Assembly (NCBI GenBank): GCA_022072455.1
Contig: JAJVHY010000001.1
Span: forward strand, 76,990-140,989
DNA length: 64,000 nt
Source: Verrucomicrobiia bacterium
Lineage (GTDB): Bacteria; Verrucomicrobiota; Verrucomicrobiia; Palsa-1439
Direction: 5' to 3'
Below the pieces are notes generated by a model. That model saw only the letters and a program-made list of their open reading frames with translations, did no database searches and had not been told where the DNA came from. Made by a program: the position numbers and the translations under genes. Shown one piece after another: positions 36,067 through 46,376 of this stretch; the stretch's first letter is position 1; the number at the start of each line of letters is the position of its first letter.

Positions 36067-37944
36067 ATGTTCTGCATCTGGGCGGCCCCATACGCGCCCC
36101 CCATCGGCGGCGCCCCCGCCCAAGTCTTCTTCGGCGAATGGACCGGCACGACCAATGGCGCGGACTTGATCGCGCAGGAAGTGGACTCCGACCGGCAGAC
36201 GATTCTCGGGTTCGACGGGATTGATTCGACGCAATGCCTGTGCGTGGACCCGTACCGGCCCATTCTGTGGTTGCACGACCGGCTGGCGTTGCGCGCGATC
36301 GACCGACTCACGCTCGAAGCCAACGTCGTCTGCCAATTCCCAATGCAGTACAGCATGGATGTGGACCGGCAAAAGCGCGTTTGGTTTGCACAAACCCGGT
36401 CGCTCCACTGTTTCGATCCCGCGACGGGCGAACTCACCCCCTACCCTGACGTCACGCCCGACGAATTTTTTTATGCGCCCGGCACCCACATGTCGCTCGG
36501 GGTCGCGCCGGACGGACGCATCTGGACGAGTCAGCATCCGATTGCGTGTTTGGCAGTGTTTGACCCGGTGACTCGGAAAACGCGCGTCGTTTGGGGAACT
36601 CCCGGCAAGTCGGAAGACCCGCGGCGCGTCGTGGCGGCGGTTGGCCTGCCGGTGATCATCGGCGATCTGGTCTGGGCCGGTAACGTCTTCGCGGATGCGC
36701 GGACGGCTGAACTCGTCGACCCGCCATTCAGCGGTTACACCTTGTTGACACGCGGCAACTGGCAACGAACGCCCACCGCGTTGTTGGATTGCGGCGGCCG
36801 GGCGTTGGTCCGGCAAAAGCGGCGTATCGGCTGGCTCGAAGCCAAAAGTGGACGCTTCGATTTGATCGGCGATTTGCCGGCAGATGCCCCCCTCCGGGAC
36901 GATTGGTCGTTGCACGGAGAGCGGACGCTGGTGGCCGGGGAAATGCGGGTGGATCTCGTCGCGCAGAAAACGACGCGCGTCCAACTGCGCGGGCCGTACC
37001 AACATCCGCAGGGAATGTTCCAGTGGAACGTCGGGCCGGACGGGAAATTCTACGGGAGTTGTTACAGCCATGAAATGTGGGAAGTGGATCAAGCCGGCAA
37101 CTTCAAGAACCACGGCGACATCGTCCACGTTCACGGCGGCGAATTGCATTTCTTCACGAATTGGCAAAACAAGATGTTCGTCGCGAGCTACACGCACTCG
37201 GTGTTGACGCGCGTGGACGTGACGCAGCCGACAGACAATTGGGGCACGGAAGCGGCCAACAATCCCCGGCATATTTTGAACCTGAATCGGGAGCACGACG
37301 GGCAGCATCGACCGAGCGCGATCGTGGCGACTCACGACGACAAGATTTTTTACATCAGCCGCGCGGATTATTGCACGCGCCGGGAAGGCGTGTTGGCGGC
37401 GGTGAACGCGGTGACGGAGCAAGTGTTGCACATCGAAGACCCATTGGTGGCCGGCGAGCAGCCGTGGAGTCTGGCCGCGTCGCCGACGCGCCGGGAGATT
37501 TATATCGGGACAAACCGGGCGACGTTCGTTGTTTGGGACACCGAGGCGATGAAGATCAAGCGTACGATCCGCATCCCCCCGCGGCCCGGCGACGGCGCGA
37601 TGACTTCGGCGATGTGTGAAGTCGGGACGATTCGGTTTCTGGGCGCGGTTGGCGATTTGGTTGTCGGCAACATTTTCGGCGGTGGGTTCGAGATGTTCAC
37701 GTATCACGCGGATACCGGCGTGCTGGACTTGCCGGTGGCGCATCCGCAGGGGCGGGTGTTTGGGATTTTTCCCGCGCCCCGCCGGCAGGCGTTGCTGTTG
37801 CGGATCAACGGCGCGCTCTACGAATTTGACGGCACCACCAGACTGCTTTACCCGGAACCATTGCCGGGATTTGAAACCATCGAAGGGCCGAATGGTCGAC
37901 TCTACATCGCGGACAAATTGAGCATTTATGCAGAAACCAATTGA
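36067..37944 (+). CDS. Beta-propeller-like repeat protein of unknown function (paralog 1 of 3).
   Basis: Start at the internal Met 36067 (the track ORF start overlaps the upstream gene). Recurrent blade-like DG[KR][FI][YW] elements (DGRIWTSQ, DGKFYGSCY). Weaker similarity to the next two genes. The antisense ORF 36007..37743 is judged an artefact. Confidence 0.55.
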   Translation: MFCIWAAPYAPPIGGAPAQVFFGEWTGTTNGADLIAQEVDSDRQTILGFDGIDSTQCLCVDPYRPILWLHDRLALRAIDRLTLEANVVCQFPMQYSMDVDRQKRVWFAQTRSLHCFDPATGELTPYPDVTPDEFFYAPGTHMSLGVAPDGRIWTSQHPIACLAVFDPVTRKTRVVWGTPGKSEDPRRVVAAVGLPVIIGDLVWAGNVFADARTAELVDPPFSGYTLLTRGNWQRTPTALLDCGGRALVRQKRRIGWLEAKSGRFDLIGDLPADAPLRDDWSLHGERTLVAGEMRVDLVAQKTTRVQLRGPYQHPQGMFQWNVGPDGKFYGSCYSHEMWEVDQAGNFKNHGDIVHVHGGELHFFTNWQNKMFVASYTHSVLTRVDVTQPTDNWGTEAANNPRHILNLNREHDGQHRPSAIVATHDDKIFYISRADYCTRREGVLAAVNAVTEQVLHIEDPLVAGEQPWSLAASPTRREIYIGTNRATFVVWDTEAMKIKRTIRIPPRPGDGAMTSAMCEVGTIRFLGAVGDLVVGNIFGGGFEMFTYHADTGVLDLPVAHPQGRVFGIFPAPRRQALLLRINGALYEFDGTTRLLYPEPLPGFETIEGPNGRLYIADKLSIYAETN

Positions 37945-39721
37945 TCACGGAATTGCAGTTTACAGTGGCACCTGCTTATCCATGAAGCCGTGGCGCGACC
38001 CGGCCACGGGACGCGATTATGTGTACGTGGGCATCATCAGCACCACGTCGCTCGTGGTGCAGATCGATGTGGCCACAGGGCGGTCGCGGTCGTTCTACCT
38101 GCCGCCGCCGTGCGAGGGGCCGCGGGGAATGGCGCTTACCCTGGACGGCGATCTGCTCGTCACCAGCACGAGCGGGCATTTGTGCCGGATTAATCCGCAG
38201 ACCGGCAAGGTCTGGGTGACCGCCACCGCCGGCAAGTGGCTCTGGACCATTGACCGGGGCATGGATGGAAAGTTCTACCTCGGGGCATCACCCGACTCGC
38301 AACTCTACCGGTATGACGCCACGTCGGAGCAACTCGAAGACCTCGGATCACTCGGCTTCGGCCAGGCGTACCTGCGCAGACTCGTCGGCGGCGATGACGG
38401 CTACGTCTATTGTTCACTAGGCAGCTCGGCGTCGCAGATTGCGGCGTATCACATCGCGACCGGACGAATCACAGGGTTGCTGCCGAAGTCGGAGATCCGA
38501 CCGTACTTTCTCGACGTCTTCGGGCGGGCCGATGACGGCCAGATTTATGTGGTGACCAATCGCAATCACGCTTTTCGCATCGCGCATGGCGCGCTGTTTC
38601 CGGCCGGTGACCCGGAGGAAGTGAAGCAGCGGCTGCGGCTGCACTCGTACTGGGTCGGCTGCCACGCGTTGCCGGATGGGCGGCCGGTGCGGCCGTTGGA
38701 CCCGGACGCGATCCGCGTCGGTGACAAAATCATCCGGTACAAGTACAAGACCGGCGGCGCGAACATTTTTCATCTGGCCGAAGGCCCGCATCAGACGGTG
38801 TATGGCAGCACCATCATGCCGTTGTATCTGCTCCGGTATACACCCAAGACGAAACGCTTGGAGAACCTCGGCCGCGGCGCGCCGGACAATGGTGAGGCCT
38901 ACTCGTTCGGCCACTGCGACGGCAAATTGTATTATGCGAATTATCCATCCGGAAATCTGATGGTCTACGATCCGGCCAAGCCGCTTCACAACGACCCGCC
39001 AGGTGAGATGAAGTGGAAGACCAATCCCATCTGGCTCGGCAACCTCGGCATCGGCAATTGCCGGCCACGCGCGCTGTGCATTGACGCGAGGAAACGCATC
39101 TGGGTTGGTGGCGTACCGGAGTACGGATACCGGCATGGCGGGCTGGCGTGTTACGACATTCGCCGGAAGAAGCTTTCCATCTTCGACAAGATCATCCCGG
39201 ACCAGAGCATTGACGCGTTGGCGGCAACGGACGACGTCTTGTATGGTGGGACCAATATCGGCCGGGGTGGCGGCATGGAAGTGGTGGCGAAGGAGTCGTT
39301 TCTTTTCGCATGGGACACACGGGCGCATACGGTGCGCTGGAAACTCAAGTTGTTCCCCGGGATGCGAAGCATGAGCAACCTCCTCTACCGCGACGGAAAA
39401 CTGTACGGCACGAGCGGATTCAAGTTTTTCTGTTTCGATCCACAGAAACGCGCACTGGATTATCTGATTGATTCCGCGATCTCCGGCCCGCGCGAACACT
39501 CGCTCTGTTTCGGCCCTGACGGCAATCTCTACGGCATCACCTGGATGGTGCTGTTCCGCTGGCGGCCAGCGACCGGGCAGATTGAGGAGTTGTACCGGTG
39601 CAAGGGCGCCGACGCCAAAGCGTATCCCGGCGGTTCCCTGTTCCACCGCGGCGCAATCATCATCGGGGGCCGGTACTATTTCTCCTGCGGCCCGAAAATC
39701 ATGTCGCTACCACTTCCATGA
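37928..39721 (+). CDS. Beta-propeller-like repeat protein of unknown function (paralog 2 of 3).
   Basis: 597 aa. Repeated DGKFY / DGKLYY / DGKLYG / DGNLYG blade motifs. ~60% identical to the next gene (e.g. MPLYLLRYTPKTKRLENLGRGAPDNGEAYSFGH, ITWMVLFRWRP, FHRGAIIIGGRYYFSCG). Confidence 0.6.
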   Translation: MQKPIDHGIAVYSGTCLSMKPWRDPATGRDYVYVGIISTTSLVVQIDVATGRSRSFYLPPPCEGPRGMALTLDGDLLVTSTSGHLCRINPQTGKVWVTATAGKWLWTIDRGMDGKFYLGASPDSQLYRYDATSEQLEDLGSLGFGQAYLRRLVGGDDGYVYCSLGSSASQIAAYHIATGRITGLLPKSEIRPYFLDVFGRADDGQIYVVTNRNHAFRIAHGALFPAGDPEEVKQRLRLHSYWVGCHALPDGRPVRPLDPDAIRVGDKIIRYKYKTGGANIFHLAEGPHQTVYGSTIMPLYLLRYTPKTKRLENLGRGAPDNGEAYSFGHCDGKLYYANYPSGNLMVYDPAKPLHNDPPGEMKWKTNPIWLGNLGIGNCRPRALCIDARKRIWVGGVPEYGYRHGGLACYDIRRKKLSIFDKIIPDQSIDALAATDDVLYGGTNIGRGGGMEVVAKESFLFAWDTRAHTVRWKLKLFPGMRSMSNLLYRDGKLYGTSGFKFFCFDPQKRALDYLIDSAISGPREHSLCFGPDGNLYGITWMVLFRWRPATGQIEELYRCKGADAKAYPGGSLFHRGAIIIGGRYYFSCGPKIMSLPLP

Positions 39722-41475
39722 AGAACCTCCAAGATCACGGCGTCGCGGTTTACAACGGCTATTGTCGGTCCTACAAAGCCTGGCGCGATCACATGACCGG
39801 CCGGGATTACGTCTACGCCGGCATCTTCGGTACGCCTTCGCTGATCGTGCAACTTGACGTCGTCACCGGCCGCTGCCGGCAATTTGCGCTGCCGAAGGGT
39901 TGTTATGGTCCGTGGGGATTGGAGTTCACAGTGGAAGGCCATGTGCTGGCCACCAGTTGCGAAGGCAAGCTGTGCCGGCTGAATCCGCGAACCGGCAAAC
40001 TCTGGGTCACCGCGAAGACCGATCAGTGGTTGTGGGATATCACCCACGGCGCTGACGGTAAATTTTACCTCGCCACGTCGCCTGAAGCCCATCTGATCCG
40101 GTACGACGCGGCGACAGAAAAGATTGAAGACCTCGGCCGGATGGATCCAAAACTAAAACACCTGCGTTCGGTCGTTGGTGGTGACGACGGGTATGTTTAT
40201 GGCGGCCTCGGTATCGAACGCACGCAGGTTGTGGCGTATCACATCGCCACTGGTCGCACGACCGCGTTGCTGCCGAAAGCTGACTGCGGAAGAGATTTTG
40301 CCAGCGTTGGCCGCCGGGAAGATGGCAAGATTTACGCGCGCGCCGTCACCGGTAATACCTACCGGCTGGCGCACGGTGCGGCGTTCCCGGCGAAGAAGGC
40401 GAATTTTGCGGCGCCGACTCTGCCGGATGGCCGCGCGATTTCGGTGATTGATCCGGAGATCATTTGCGTGGGCGACCGGCGTTATCCGCTCCAATACAAG
40501 TCCGACGGCACCGGCATTTTTCACCTCGCCGCCGGGCCAAATCAAACGGTGTACGGCAGCACGATCATGCCGCTGTACCTATTCCGCTACACGCCGAAGA
40601 CGAAGAAGCTGGAGAATCTGGGACGCGGCGCGCCGGACAATGGCGAGGCGTATTCGTTTGGGCACGTGGACGGCAAGCTCTACTACGGCTGTTACAGTTT
40701 CGGCAGTCTGATGTGTTACGACCCGGCCAAGCCGTGGAACGGCGACATGAAGTGGAAAACCAATCCCCGGTTGGTCACCAACCTCGGCGTTGGCCATAAT
40801 CGCCCGCGCGCGATGTGCATTGACGCGCAGAAACGCATCTGGATCGCCGGCAACCCCGAATACGGCGCGCACCACGGCGGGCTTGGTTGCTACAACACGA
40901 TCGCCAAGAAATACGTCAACCAACCAGTCGTCATCCCGGATCAAAGCATCTGGGCACTGGCCGCCAACGAAACCGGGGATGTCATCTACGGCGGAACAAC
41001 CATCGGGCGCGGTTCAGGAACAGACCCGGTCACGAAGGAAGCGCACCTGATCGCATGGGACGCGCGCCGTCGAAAACTGTTGTGGAAGCAGGCAGCCGTA
41101 CCGGGTGCGGTGGAATATTCCAATTTGCTTTTCCGTGACGGCAAACTCTACGGCACAACCAGCAAACCGTTCACATTCTTCTGTTTTGATCCGCAGAAAC
41201 GCGCGATGGACTACCTCCTGCCATCGGAGATTTCCGGCGTCCGCGAACAATCCATGTGTTTCGGGCCTGACGGCAACATCTATGGCATCACCTGGATGGT
41301 GTTGTTCCGCTGGCGGCCGGAGTCCGGGCAGATCGAGGAACTGTACCGGTGCACGGGCCGGGCTGCCAAACCGTTTGGCGGTTCGTTGTTTCATCGCGGC
41401 GCCATCATCATTGACGGCCGGTATTATTTCTCGTGTGGCGCCAAAGTCATGTCCTTACCGGTGGACTGTCTATGA
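39718..41475 (+). CDS. Beta-propeller-like repeat protein of unknown function (paralog 3 of 3).
   Basis: Internal Met at 39718 overlaps the upstream stop (ATGA). 585 aa, collinear with the previous paralog. Confidence 0.6.
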   Translation: MKNLQDHGVAVYNGYCRSYKAWRDHMTGRDYVYAGIFGTPSLIVQLDVVTGRCRQFALPKGCYGPWGLEFTVEGHVLATSCEGKLCRLNPRTGKLWVTAKTDQWLWDITHGADGKFYLATSPEAHLIRYDAATEKIEDLGRMDPKLKHLRSVVGGDDGYVYGGLGIERTQVVAYHIATGRTTALLPKADCGRDFASVGRREDGKIYARAVTGNTYRLAHGAAFPAKKANFAAPTLPDGRAISVIDPEIICVGDRRYPLQYKSDGTGIFHLAAGPNQTVYGSTIMPLYLFRYTPKTKKLENLGRGAPDNGEAYSFGHVDGKLYYGCYSFGSLMCYDPAKPWNGDMKWKTNPRLVTNLGVGHNRPRAMCIDAQKRIWIAGNPEYGAHHGGLGCYNTIAKKYVNQPVVIPDQSIWALAANETGDVIYGGTTIGRGSGTDPVTKEAHLIAWDARRRKLLWKQAAVPGAVEYSNLLFRDGKLYGTTSKPFTFFCFDPQKRAMDYLLPSEISGVREQSMCFGPDGNIYGITWMVLFRWRPESGQIEELYRCTGRAAKPFGGSLFHRGAIIIDGRYYFSCGAKVMSLPVDCL

Positions 41476-42974
41476 AACTGGTGGCCCTCGGGCTGGTGAT
41501 GATGGCGACCGCGGTCACAGCCGAAGTGACATTGCATCCGGTATTCTCAGAGAATGCGGTCTTGCAACAGGGCGTCCCGCTGCCGGTCTGGGGGACGGCG
41601 GCAGATGGTGAAAAGGTGACGGTGAAATTTGCCGGTCAGGAAGCGACCGCCACCGCACAGGCGGGACGCTGGCAGGTGGAATTGAAACCACTCACGGCCG
41701 GCGGACCGTTCGCATTGACGGTGACCGGTGCAAACTCGATCACGTTGACCAACATTCTCGTCGGCGAGGTGTGGCTCTGCAGCGGTCAATCGAACATGGA
41801 ATGGCCGTTGCGGGGTGCCGCCACCGGCAAAGAAGACGCTGCACAGGCGAATGATCCGCAGTTGCGATTATTGACGGTGCCGTACCGCCGGAAAATGGAG
41901 CCGCAGACGACACTGGAAAAAGCAACCTGGCACGCGGCCACACCGCGAACCGTCATCGATTTTTCCGGGCTGGCCTACTATTTCGGCCGGGACTTGCGCG
42001 CGGCGCGCCAAGTGCCGGTGGGATTGATTGTGGCAGCGGTCGGCGGTACGACTGTGGAAGCGTGGATGCCGCCCGTGGCATACCAGACCGAACCGTTCCT
42101 AAAACCGATTTTCGCAGACTATCAAAAGCGCTTGGCGGAGTACCCACGACTACTCGCCGAGTTCCAGCGTCAGCAGCCCGAATTGATGGCCAAGCACGAG
42201 TTGGCCGTCGCGGCGGCCAAAGAAGCCGGGCGCCCGATTCCACTCAAACCGGTGGCCCCAGGCGACCCGACCCAGAACAACCTTTGGCCCGCCGGGATGT
42301 ACAACGGCATGATCGCGCCTTTGCTCCCGTTCCCGATCCGCGGGGTGATCTGGTACCAGGGCGAGAGCTGTCACGACCGCGACAAGTATCGCCAGTTGTT
42401 TGGCACGATGATCCGTTATTGGCGGCAAGCGTGGCCGGGCGGGGCTTTCCCATTTCTCTACGTGCAACTCGCCGCCTATTTTCACAATGGCAATCTCCCT
42501 TTTGTTCAAGAAGCGCAGTTCCGAACGCTGGCCGATGTGACGAACACCGCGATGGTCGTCACGACCGATTGCGGTGACCCACACGACATCCATCCCAAGC
42601 AGAAAGAGCCGGTCGGCGCGCGGTTGGCATTGGCGGCGCGGGCGCTGGCCTATGGCGAGAAAATCGAGTACTCCGGACCGCTGTATGCCGGAGTAAAGTT
42701 CGATGGGCCGCGCGCGGTCATCTCGTTCACGCACCTGGGTGGCGGACTGGAGGCGCGCGGCGGCGAGTTGAAAGGTTTCACAATTGCCGGCGCGGACAAG
42801 AAATTTGTGCCGGCCACGGCCACGGTTGACGGCGACCACGTGATCGTCACGAGCCCGGCCGTCGCGGAACCGATCGCAGTCCGGCATGGCTGGTCGAGTG
42901 TGCCGGACGTGAATCTCTACAACCGCGCCGGGCTGCCCGCGGCGCCGTTCCGAACCGATGGAGCGACAAATTGA
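41472..42974 (+). CDS. Sialate O-acetylesterase-like (SASA/DUF303) carbohydrate esterase, secreted.
   Basis: Internal Met at 41472 (ATGA overlap). Signal peptide MKLVALGLVMMATAVTA. GQSN catalytic-Ser block VWLCSGQSNMEWP. ~500 aa. Confidence 0.75.
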   Translation: MKLVALGLVMMATAVTAEVTLHPVFSENAVLQQGVPLPVWGTAADGEKVTVKFAGQEATATAQAGRWQVELKPLTAGGPFALTVTGANSITLTNILVGEVWLCSGQSNMEWPLRGAATGKEDAAQANDPQLRLLTVPYRRKMEPQTTLEKATWHAATPRTVIDFSGLAYYFGRDLRAARQVPVGLIVAAVGGTTVEAWMPPVAYQTEPFLKPIFADYQKRLAEYPRLLAEFQRQQPELMAKHELAVAAAKEAGRPIPLKPVAPGDPTQNNLWPAGMYNGMIAPLLPFPIRGVIWYQGESCHDRDKYRQLFGTMIRYWRQAWPGGAFPFLYVQLAAYFHNGNLPFVQEAQFRTLADVTNTAMVVTTDCGDPHDIHPKQKEPVGARLALAARALAYGEKIEYSGPLYAGVKFDGPRAVISFTHLGGGLEARGGELKGFTIAGADKKFVPATATVDGDHVIVTSPAVAEPIAVRHGWSSVPDVNLYNRAGLPAAPFRTDGATN

Positions 42975-44089
42975 AAACTGAAAATACACAGTTGGCCTTG
43001 GATGCGATTTTAGGCAAGCCCACGAAAGGAATTCCGTCGTGGTTGATCAACCCGATGGAGCACACGGTGATAGATCGCCTCGCCGGTAAGCCGCTGGGGA
43101 CCTACCGGCAGGCGCCGGTGCCGACGTACTTGGCGATGCAGAAAGCCATCGGGACCGGCATGGTGGATCAGTGGATTCCGGAAAATCCACTGAGCATGGG
43201 AGCCGAGGGGTATTCGGCCGATACACACCGGACAGCGACCATGGGGGTCGAGGAAATCATCTGTGATGGGATCCGAATTGACTCACCGGAAGCGGTCATT
43301 GAACACCTCGAAAAGTTCGTTTTTCCCTACTTGGAGAACGCGACGGTCGATGCCGACGCGCATGTCCGGTCGTTAATCACCGCTGAAGCTGCCGTGCAAA
43401 CGGTGTTGGCGCCGGAGATTTTGAAAGTCCCGTATGGAGTCGTCGAGTTCCCCTACCTGCCCTATTACACCTACGGCTACACGAATTTTTTCATGGCCTA
43501 CGCGCTCTACCCGGAGGTGATGGAACGGCTTTTCGCACGGCAAGCCGACCGGGCGGTACGCATCAATCGTGCCGTCGCGCGCGCGTACGTGGAAGGTGGA
43601 TTGCCGCCGTTGTGCCGGTTGGATCACGACATCGCTGATTCGCGCGGGACATTGGTGGACGTGACGTCGCTGGACCGGATTTGGTTTCCGCATTTCGCGC
43701 GTGCCATTGAGCCGTTGCTCAAGGCGAACGTCAGATTGATCTGGCACTGCGACGGCAACCTGATGGCGATGGTGCCGCGTTTGCTCGCAGTCGGCTTGGG
43801 TGGATTTCAAGGGTTTCAGTACGAAGATGGGATGGATTACGAAAAGATTTGCGCCCTGAAGACGCGCGACGGGGCCCCGTTGCTGATCATTGCCGGCGTG
43901 TCGGTGACGCGGACGTTGCCGTTCGGCACGCCGGCCGATGTTCGGAAGGAAATGCAGTGGCTCGTGGAACATGGCCCGGCCACGGGATTGTTTCTGGGCG
44001 GCAGCAGTTCGATCGCCCCCGGGGTGCCGTGGGACAACCTCGTGGCACTGGTGGAGGGTTTTCGGTATTACCGGGAACACGGCCGATGA
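42971..44089 (+). CDS. URO-D/MtaA-like family protein, paralog B.
   Basis: TTG start overlaps the upstream TGA. 372 aa, collinear with 33933..35102. Confidence 0.5.
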   Translation: MKTENTQLALDAILGKPTKGIPSWLINPMEHTVIDRLAGKPLGTYRQAPVPTYLAMQKAIGTGMVDQWIPENPLSMGAEGYSADTHRTATMGVEEIICDGIRIDSPEAVIEHLEKFVFPYLENATVDADAHVRSLITAEAAVQTVLAPEILKVPYGVVEFPYLPYYTYGYTNFFMAYALYPEVMERLFARQADRAVRINRAVARAYVEGGLPPLCRLDHDIADSRGTLVDVTSLDRIWFPHFARAIEPLLKANVRLIWHCDGNLMAMVPRLLAVGLGGFQGFQYEDGMDYEKICALKTRDGAPLLIIAGVSVTRTLPFGTPADVRKEMQWLVEHGPATGLFLGGSSSIAPGVPWDNLVALVEGFRYYREHGR

Positions 44090-44895
44090 GTTTGATTCAG
44101 ACAATCCAAGACATCCCGTATGCCAAATACGGCGACCGCAAGCTGTTGTTGGATCTGTACTTACCGGCGCCGGCTAAGCAACCACGCCCGGCCGTTCTTT
44201 GTGTTGTCGGCGGCGGCTGGCGGTTTTCGGACAAGACCGGTTACGTCGAAGCCGGCACGGCATTGGCGCAGACCGGTTACGTCGCCGCCGCACTGACGTA
44301 CCGGGTCAGCAGTGAAGTCATCGCCCCCGGCAATGTCCACGACTGCAAAGCCGCCGTGCGTTGGCTGCGGGCCAACGGGACGAAGTACGGGATTGACCCG
44401 GCGCGCATCGGTGCGATGGGCAGTTCGGCAGGCGGGCACTTGGTGGCGTTGTTGGGCACGACCAATGGCTGCCCAGAACTTGAAGGCACCGGCGGGAACC
44501 CCGGCCAATCGAGCGCCGTCCAGGCAGTGTGCGATTTCTGCGGGCCCTCGGATTTGACGCGCATCGCCCAGCCGGAGATTCGCAAACAGTTCGCGCTGCT
44601 CTACGAGGTGACCGCTGCCTATCTCGGTGGTCCGGTCGAGGAACGCACGGCATTGGCGCATCTGGTCAGCCCATTGCATCACGCGTCGCCGGCAACTGTA
44701 CCGATGTTGATCATTCATGGTACCAAAGATGAAGTCGTCCCGGTTGACGAGAGCATCATTTTGTATGACGCACTGAAGAAAAACAGAACGGACGTCACCC
44801 TCCACCTGGCCAAGGGGGCGAACCACGGGTTGCCGTGGGAAACGCATGCGCAGAAAGTCCTGGCCTTTTTTCGGAGAACTCTTGAAAGGAGATAA
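44086..44895 (+). CDS. Alpha/beta-hydrolase-fold esterase/lipase.
   Basis: Internal Met at 44086 (ATGA overlap). Oxyanion-hole context VVGGGW, nucleophile elbow GSSAGGHL, C-terminal His context ANHGL. ~269 aa. Confidence 0.75.
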   Translation: MSLIQTIQDIPYAKYGDRKLLLDLYLPAPAKQPRPAVLCVVGGGWRFSDKTGYVEAGTALAQTGYVAAALTYRVSSEVIAPGNVHDCKAAVRWLRANGTKYGIDPARIGAMGSSAGGHLVALLGTTNGCPELEGTGGNPGQSSAVQAVCDFCGPSDLTRIAQPEIRKQFALLYEVTAAYLGGPVEERTALAHLVSPLHHASPATVPMLIIHGTKDEVVPVDESIILYDALKKNRTDVTLHLAKGANHGLPWETHAQKVLAFFRRTLERR

Positions 44896-44898
44896 CCC

Positions 44899-46368
44899 AT
44901 GGCAGATTTAACTCCCGGCGAGAAACGCTGGACAATTATTCACGGCGGCGAAAAACAGGCACTCGCCGAACTGCATCGCGGCGTCGCGATGTTTTTGAAC
45001 TACGTGCTACCGGTGCGCGGCGCGACGGAAGTGGATCTGAAAAGCTGGAAGCCACTCGGTTCACCCGACCGCCGGTATCAACCGCCGGTCGAACACGCGA
45101 TCGTGATCGGCACGAGGACGAGCAACCGAATCATCGCGGACCTGCTGGCGCGCCATGCCGTGCCGGCGCCGACGGCGGCCCAGGGATTCACCTTGTGGAT
45201 CGGGAATTACCGGGAGAATCGGCTCATCGTCGTGGCGGGGTTTGATGCGGCCGGTCTGTATTTTGGCGTGCAAGAACTGCTGGCGATGTTGTCGGACAAT
45301 TACGCACCGCTCGACAAGCCGCAGCAACGCCGCGAATCACTGGTGAAATTAGCGGACACATCGCGCGTCGAAGCACCAGTCGTGAAGGAACGCGGCATCT
45401 GGACATGGGGCTACGTGATCTACGATTACCGGCGGTTTCTCGACAACATGGCGCGGTTGAAGTTCAACATGCTGACGATTTGGAACTCCGAGGCGCCGGT
45501 CAATCTTACGGAGATTTGTGACTACGCCCACGCGCGCGGCATCAAGGTCATCGCCGGCTTCAACTGGGGTTGGGGCTACAAGCGCGATATTTCGAGCTCG
45601 GACGGCCGGGCGTTCATCAAGAAACTCGCGCTTGATGCGTACCGCGAAGAATACCTGAGCACTCCGCTCGACGGGATTTATTTCCAGACCGAGACGGAGC
45701 ACAAGACGCAAGAGATCAATGGCCGGTCAGTCGCGGCGTGGTGTTGCGACATGGTCAACGAAATCTCGAACGAGTTTTACGCGATCAACCCGCAGCTCTC
45801 GATTCAGTTTGGGCTGCACGCGACTTCGATCCGGTCACACTACACCGATCTGGCCGGTCTCGACCCGCGCATCATCATCACTTGGGAAGATGCCGGCGCG
45901 TTGCCGTATTCGTACCAGCCCAATCCTGAGTTTGATGACAGTTACGAGAATACGCTCGCGTACTCGAAACAACTCGCCGCCTTCCGCCCCGGCACGCCGT
46001 TCGCACTGGTGCCGAAGGGTTGGCTATCGTTGCGTTGGAACGATGAGTTCGCGAAACACGGCCCGTTGCTGCTCGGCGAACGCGACTCGGCGTATCTCCG
46101 CGAGCGCCTCGAAGCCCGGCAAGGCGAGTTAAATGCGATTAATTCCGGTTGGTTTCGTCATTTTCCACTGGCCGCGCGGTTTTACCGGGAAGTTTCCGGG
46201 ATCAACTCCAACGTCTGGGCCACGGCCTTGATCGAGGACGTGATGTTTGACGCGAAAATCCAACCCAGCATGTCCTTGCTCGGCGAGATGCTATGGAATC
46301 CGCACCAACCCGACAATGAAATCCTCGCGCGCGCCATGCGTCCGTACGTAACTCCCACAACCGTCTAG
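44899..46368 (+). CDS. Hypothetical protein, possibly a TIM-barrel glycosidase-like enzyme.
   Basis: 489 aa. KFNMLTIWNSE and HARGIKVIAGFNWGWGY are reminiscent of glycoside-hydrolase beta-strand ends. No family assigned. Confidence 0.35.
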   Translation: MADLTPGEKRWTIIHGGEKQALAELHRGVAMFLNYVLPVRGATEVDLKSWKPLGSPDRRYQPPVEHAIVIGTRTSNRIIADLLARHAVPAPTAAQGFTLWIGNYRENRLIVVAGFDAAGLYFGVQELLAMLSDNYAPLDKPQQRRESLVKLADTSRVEAPVVKERGIWTWGYVIYDYRRFLDNMARLKFNMLTIWNSEAPVNLTEICDYAHARGIKVIAGFNWGWGYKRDISSSDGRAFIKKLALDAYREEYLSTPLDGIYFQTETEHKTQEINGRSVAAWCCDMVNEISNEFYAINPQLSIQFGLHATSIRSHYTDLAGLDPRIIITWEDAGALPYSYQPNPEFDDSYENTLAYSKQLAAFRPGTPFALVPKGWLSLRWNDEFAKHGPLLLGERDSAYLRERLEARQGELNAINSGWFRHFPLAARFYREVSGINSNVWATALIEDVMFDAKIQPSMSLLGEMLWNPHQPDNEILARAMRPYVTPTTV

Positions 46369-46376
46369 ATGCTGCC

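Noticed and set aside
36007-39646. Long minus-strand ORFs (36007..37743, 38417..39646) opposite the beta-propeller genes.
   Set aside because: Low-complexity Arg/Pro-rich products. The plus-strand frames show the repeated propeller motifs and tight operon overlaps.
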